The notes under the pieces are model-generated. The model had not been told where the DNA came from. It saw only the letters and a list, made by a program, of their open reading frames with translations, and ran no database searches. 64,000 nucleotides of DNA from Deltaproteobacteria bacterium GWB2_55_19 (lineage in GTDB: Bacteria > Desulfobacterota > GWC2-55-46): NCBI GenBank assembly GCA_001797465.1, contig MGPQ01000014.1, positions 801 to 64,800 of the forward strand, in the 5' to 3' direction. The position numbers and the translations under genes were made by a program. Each line of letters opens with the position of its first letter. Position 1 is the first letter of the stretch. Shown in pieces: positions 63,451 through 64,000 of the stretch.

Positions 63451-64000
63451 TTACAGTCCCATTATATTAAATCCGGAGTCCACGTAGATAGTCTCTCCGG
63501 TGACGCCGCTTGAGAGTTCGCTCAAGAGGTAGAGCGCGGTCCTGGCCACCTCCTCCTGCGATACGTTCCGGCGTAGCGGCGACTTCGCCTCCACGACGTC
63601 CAGTATCTGCTTGAACCCGGTTATCCCCATCGCGGCGAGCGTCTTTACCGGCCCGGCCGAGATCGTGTTGATCCTTATCCCCTTGGGGCCTAAGTCCGCG
63701 GCGAGGTACTTTACGCAGGCCTCAAGCGCGGCCTTGGCCACACCCATCACGTTGTAGTTGGCTATGACCTTCTCCGCCCCGTAGTAGCTCAGGGTCACAA
63801 AAGCCCCGTTCCTGCCTTCCATCAGCGGCGAGGCCGCCTTCGCGAGCGCAACGAGCGAAAAGGCGCTGACGTCCATCGCTATCCTCCAGCCCTCCCGCGA
63901 GGTGTTCATGAACTCGCCCTTAAGCTCCTCTTTCTTCGCGAACGCGAGCGAGTGGACGAGGGCGTCAAGCCCTCCCCACTCCTCCCTGATCCTCTTGAAG
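63451..64000 (-). CDS. fabI: Enoyl-ACP reductase (NADH), 5' end outside the window
   Basis: SYYGAEKVIANYNVMGVAKAALEA (Tyr/Lys catalytic pair), IRINTISAGPVKTLAA, and ends IYVDSGFNIMGL. Confidence 0.9.
   Translation of the reverse strand, partial: FKRIREEWGGLDALVHSLAFAKKEELKGEFMNTSREGWRIAMDVSAFSLVALAKAASPLMEGRNGAFVTLSYYGAEKVIANYNVMGVAKAALEACVKYLAADLGPKGIRINTISAGPVKTLAAMGITGFKQILDVVEAKSPLRRNVSQEEVARTALYLLSELSSGVTGETIYVDSGFNIMGL

Overview
GC-rich (about 58-60% by eye) chromosomal window from a diderm bacterium (lpxC and lnt are present). Taxonomy cannot be assigned from the sequence alone. Nearly all genes from 0.5 to 55.4 kb are on the minus strand.

Gene order:
- tRNA-Thr.
- A prfB (+1 frameshift) - lnt - dgkA::PAP2 fusion - ybeY - PgpH-like - phoH block.
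- lpxC, then a DUF2905 gene.
- A ~20.6-kb phage-derived head-tail-lysis cluster (8.77-29.39 kb).
- ychF, then hppA.
- pth - ctc - prs - tRNA-Gln - ispE.
- A small His-rich ORF.
- A complete nuoA-N operon with two tandem nuoM paralogues, a long nuoL, and a stand-alone cNMP-binding gene between nuoG and nuoH.
- A C-N hydrolase, then a 32-aa Lys-rich ORF with its own promoter, SD and hairpins.
- gatCAB (plus strand).
- A radical-SAM/SPASM + tandem-USP pair that share a PCP_red-like C-terminal domain.
- An EndoQ-like PHP nuclease, then fabI (partial).

Most notable observations:
1. The phage cluster has structural, packaging and lysis genes only. There is no integrase, repressor or replication gene. 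It sits between core genes, carries a perfect consensus sigma70 promoter -> sigma-region-4-like regulator -> intrinsic terminator front end, and has a host palindromic repeat inside it. It is either a GTA-like domesticated particle locus or a decayed prophage.
2. A ~100-120-nt imperfect palindromic repeat family has three copies: one in the phage cluster and two inside the nuo operon.
3. The complex I operon has the '2M' layout plus an embedded cNMP sensor gene.

All functional calls rest on motif recognition by eye. No HMM or BLAST search could be run.
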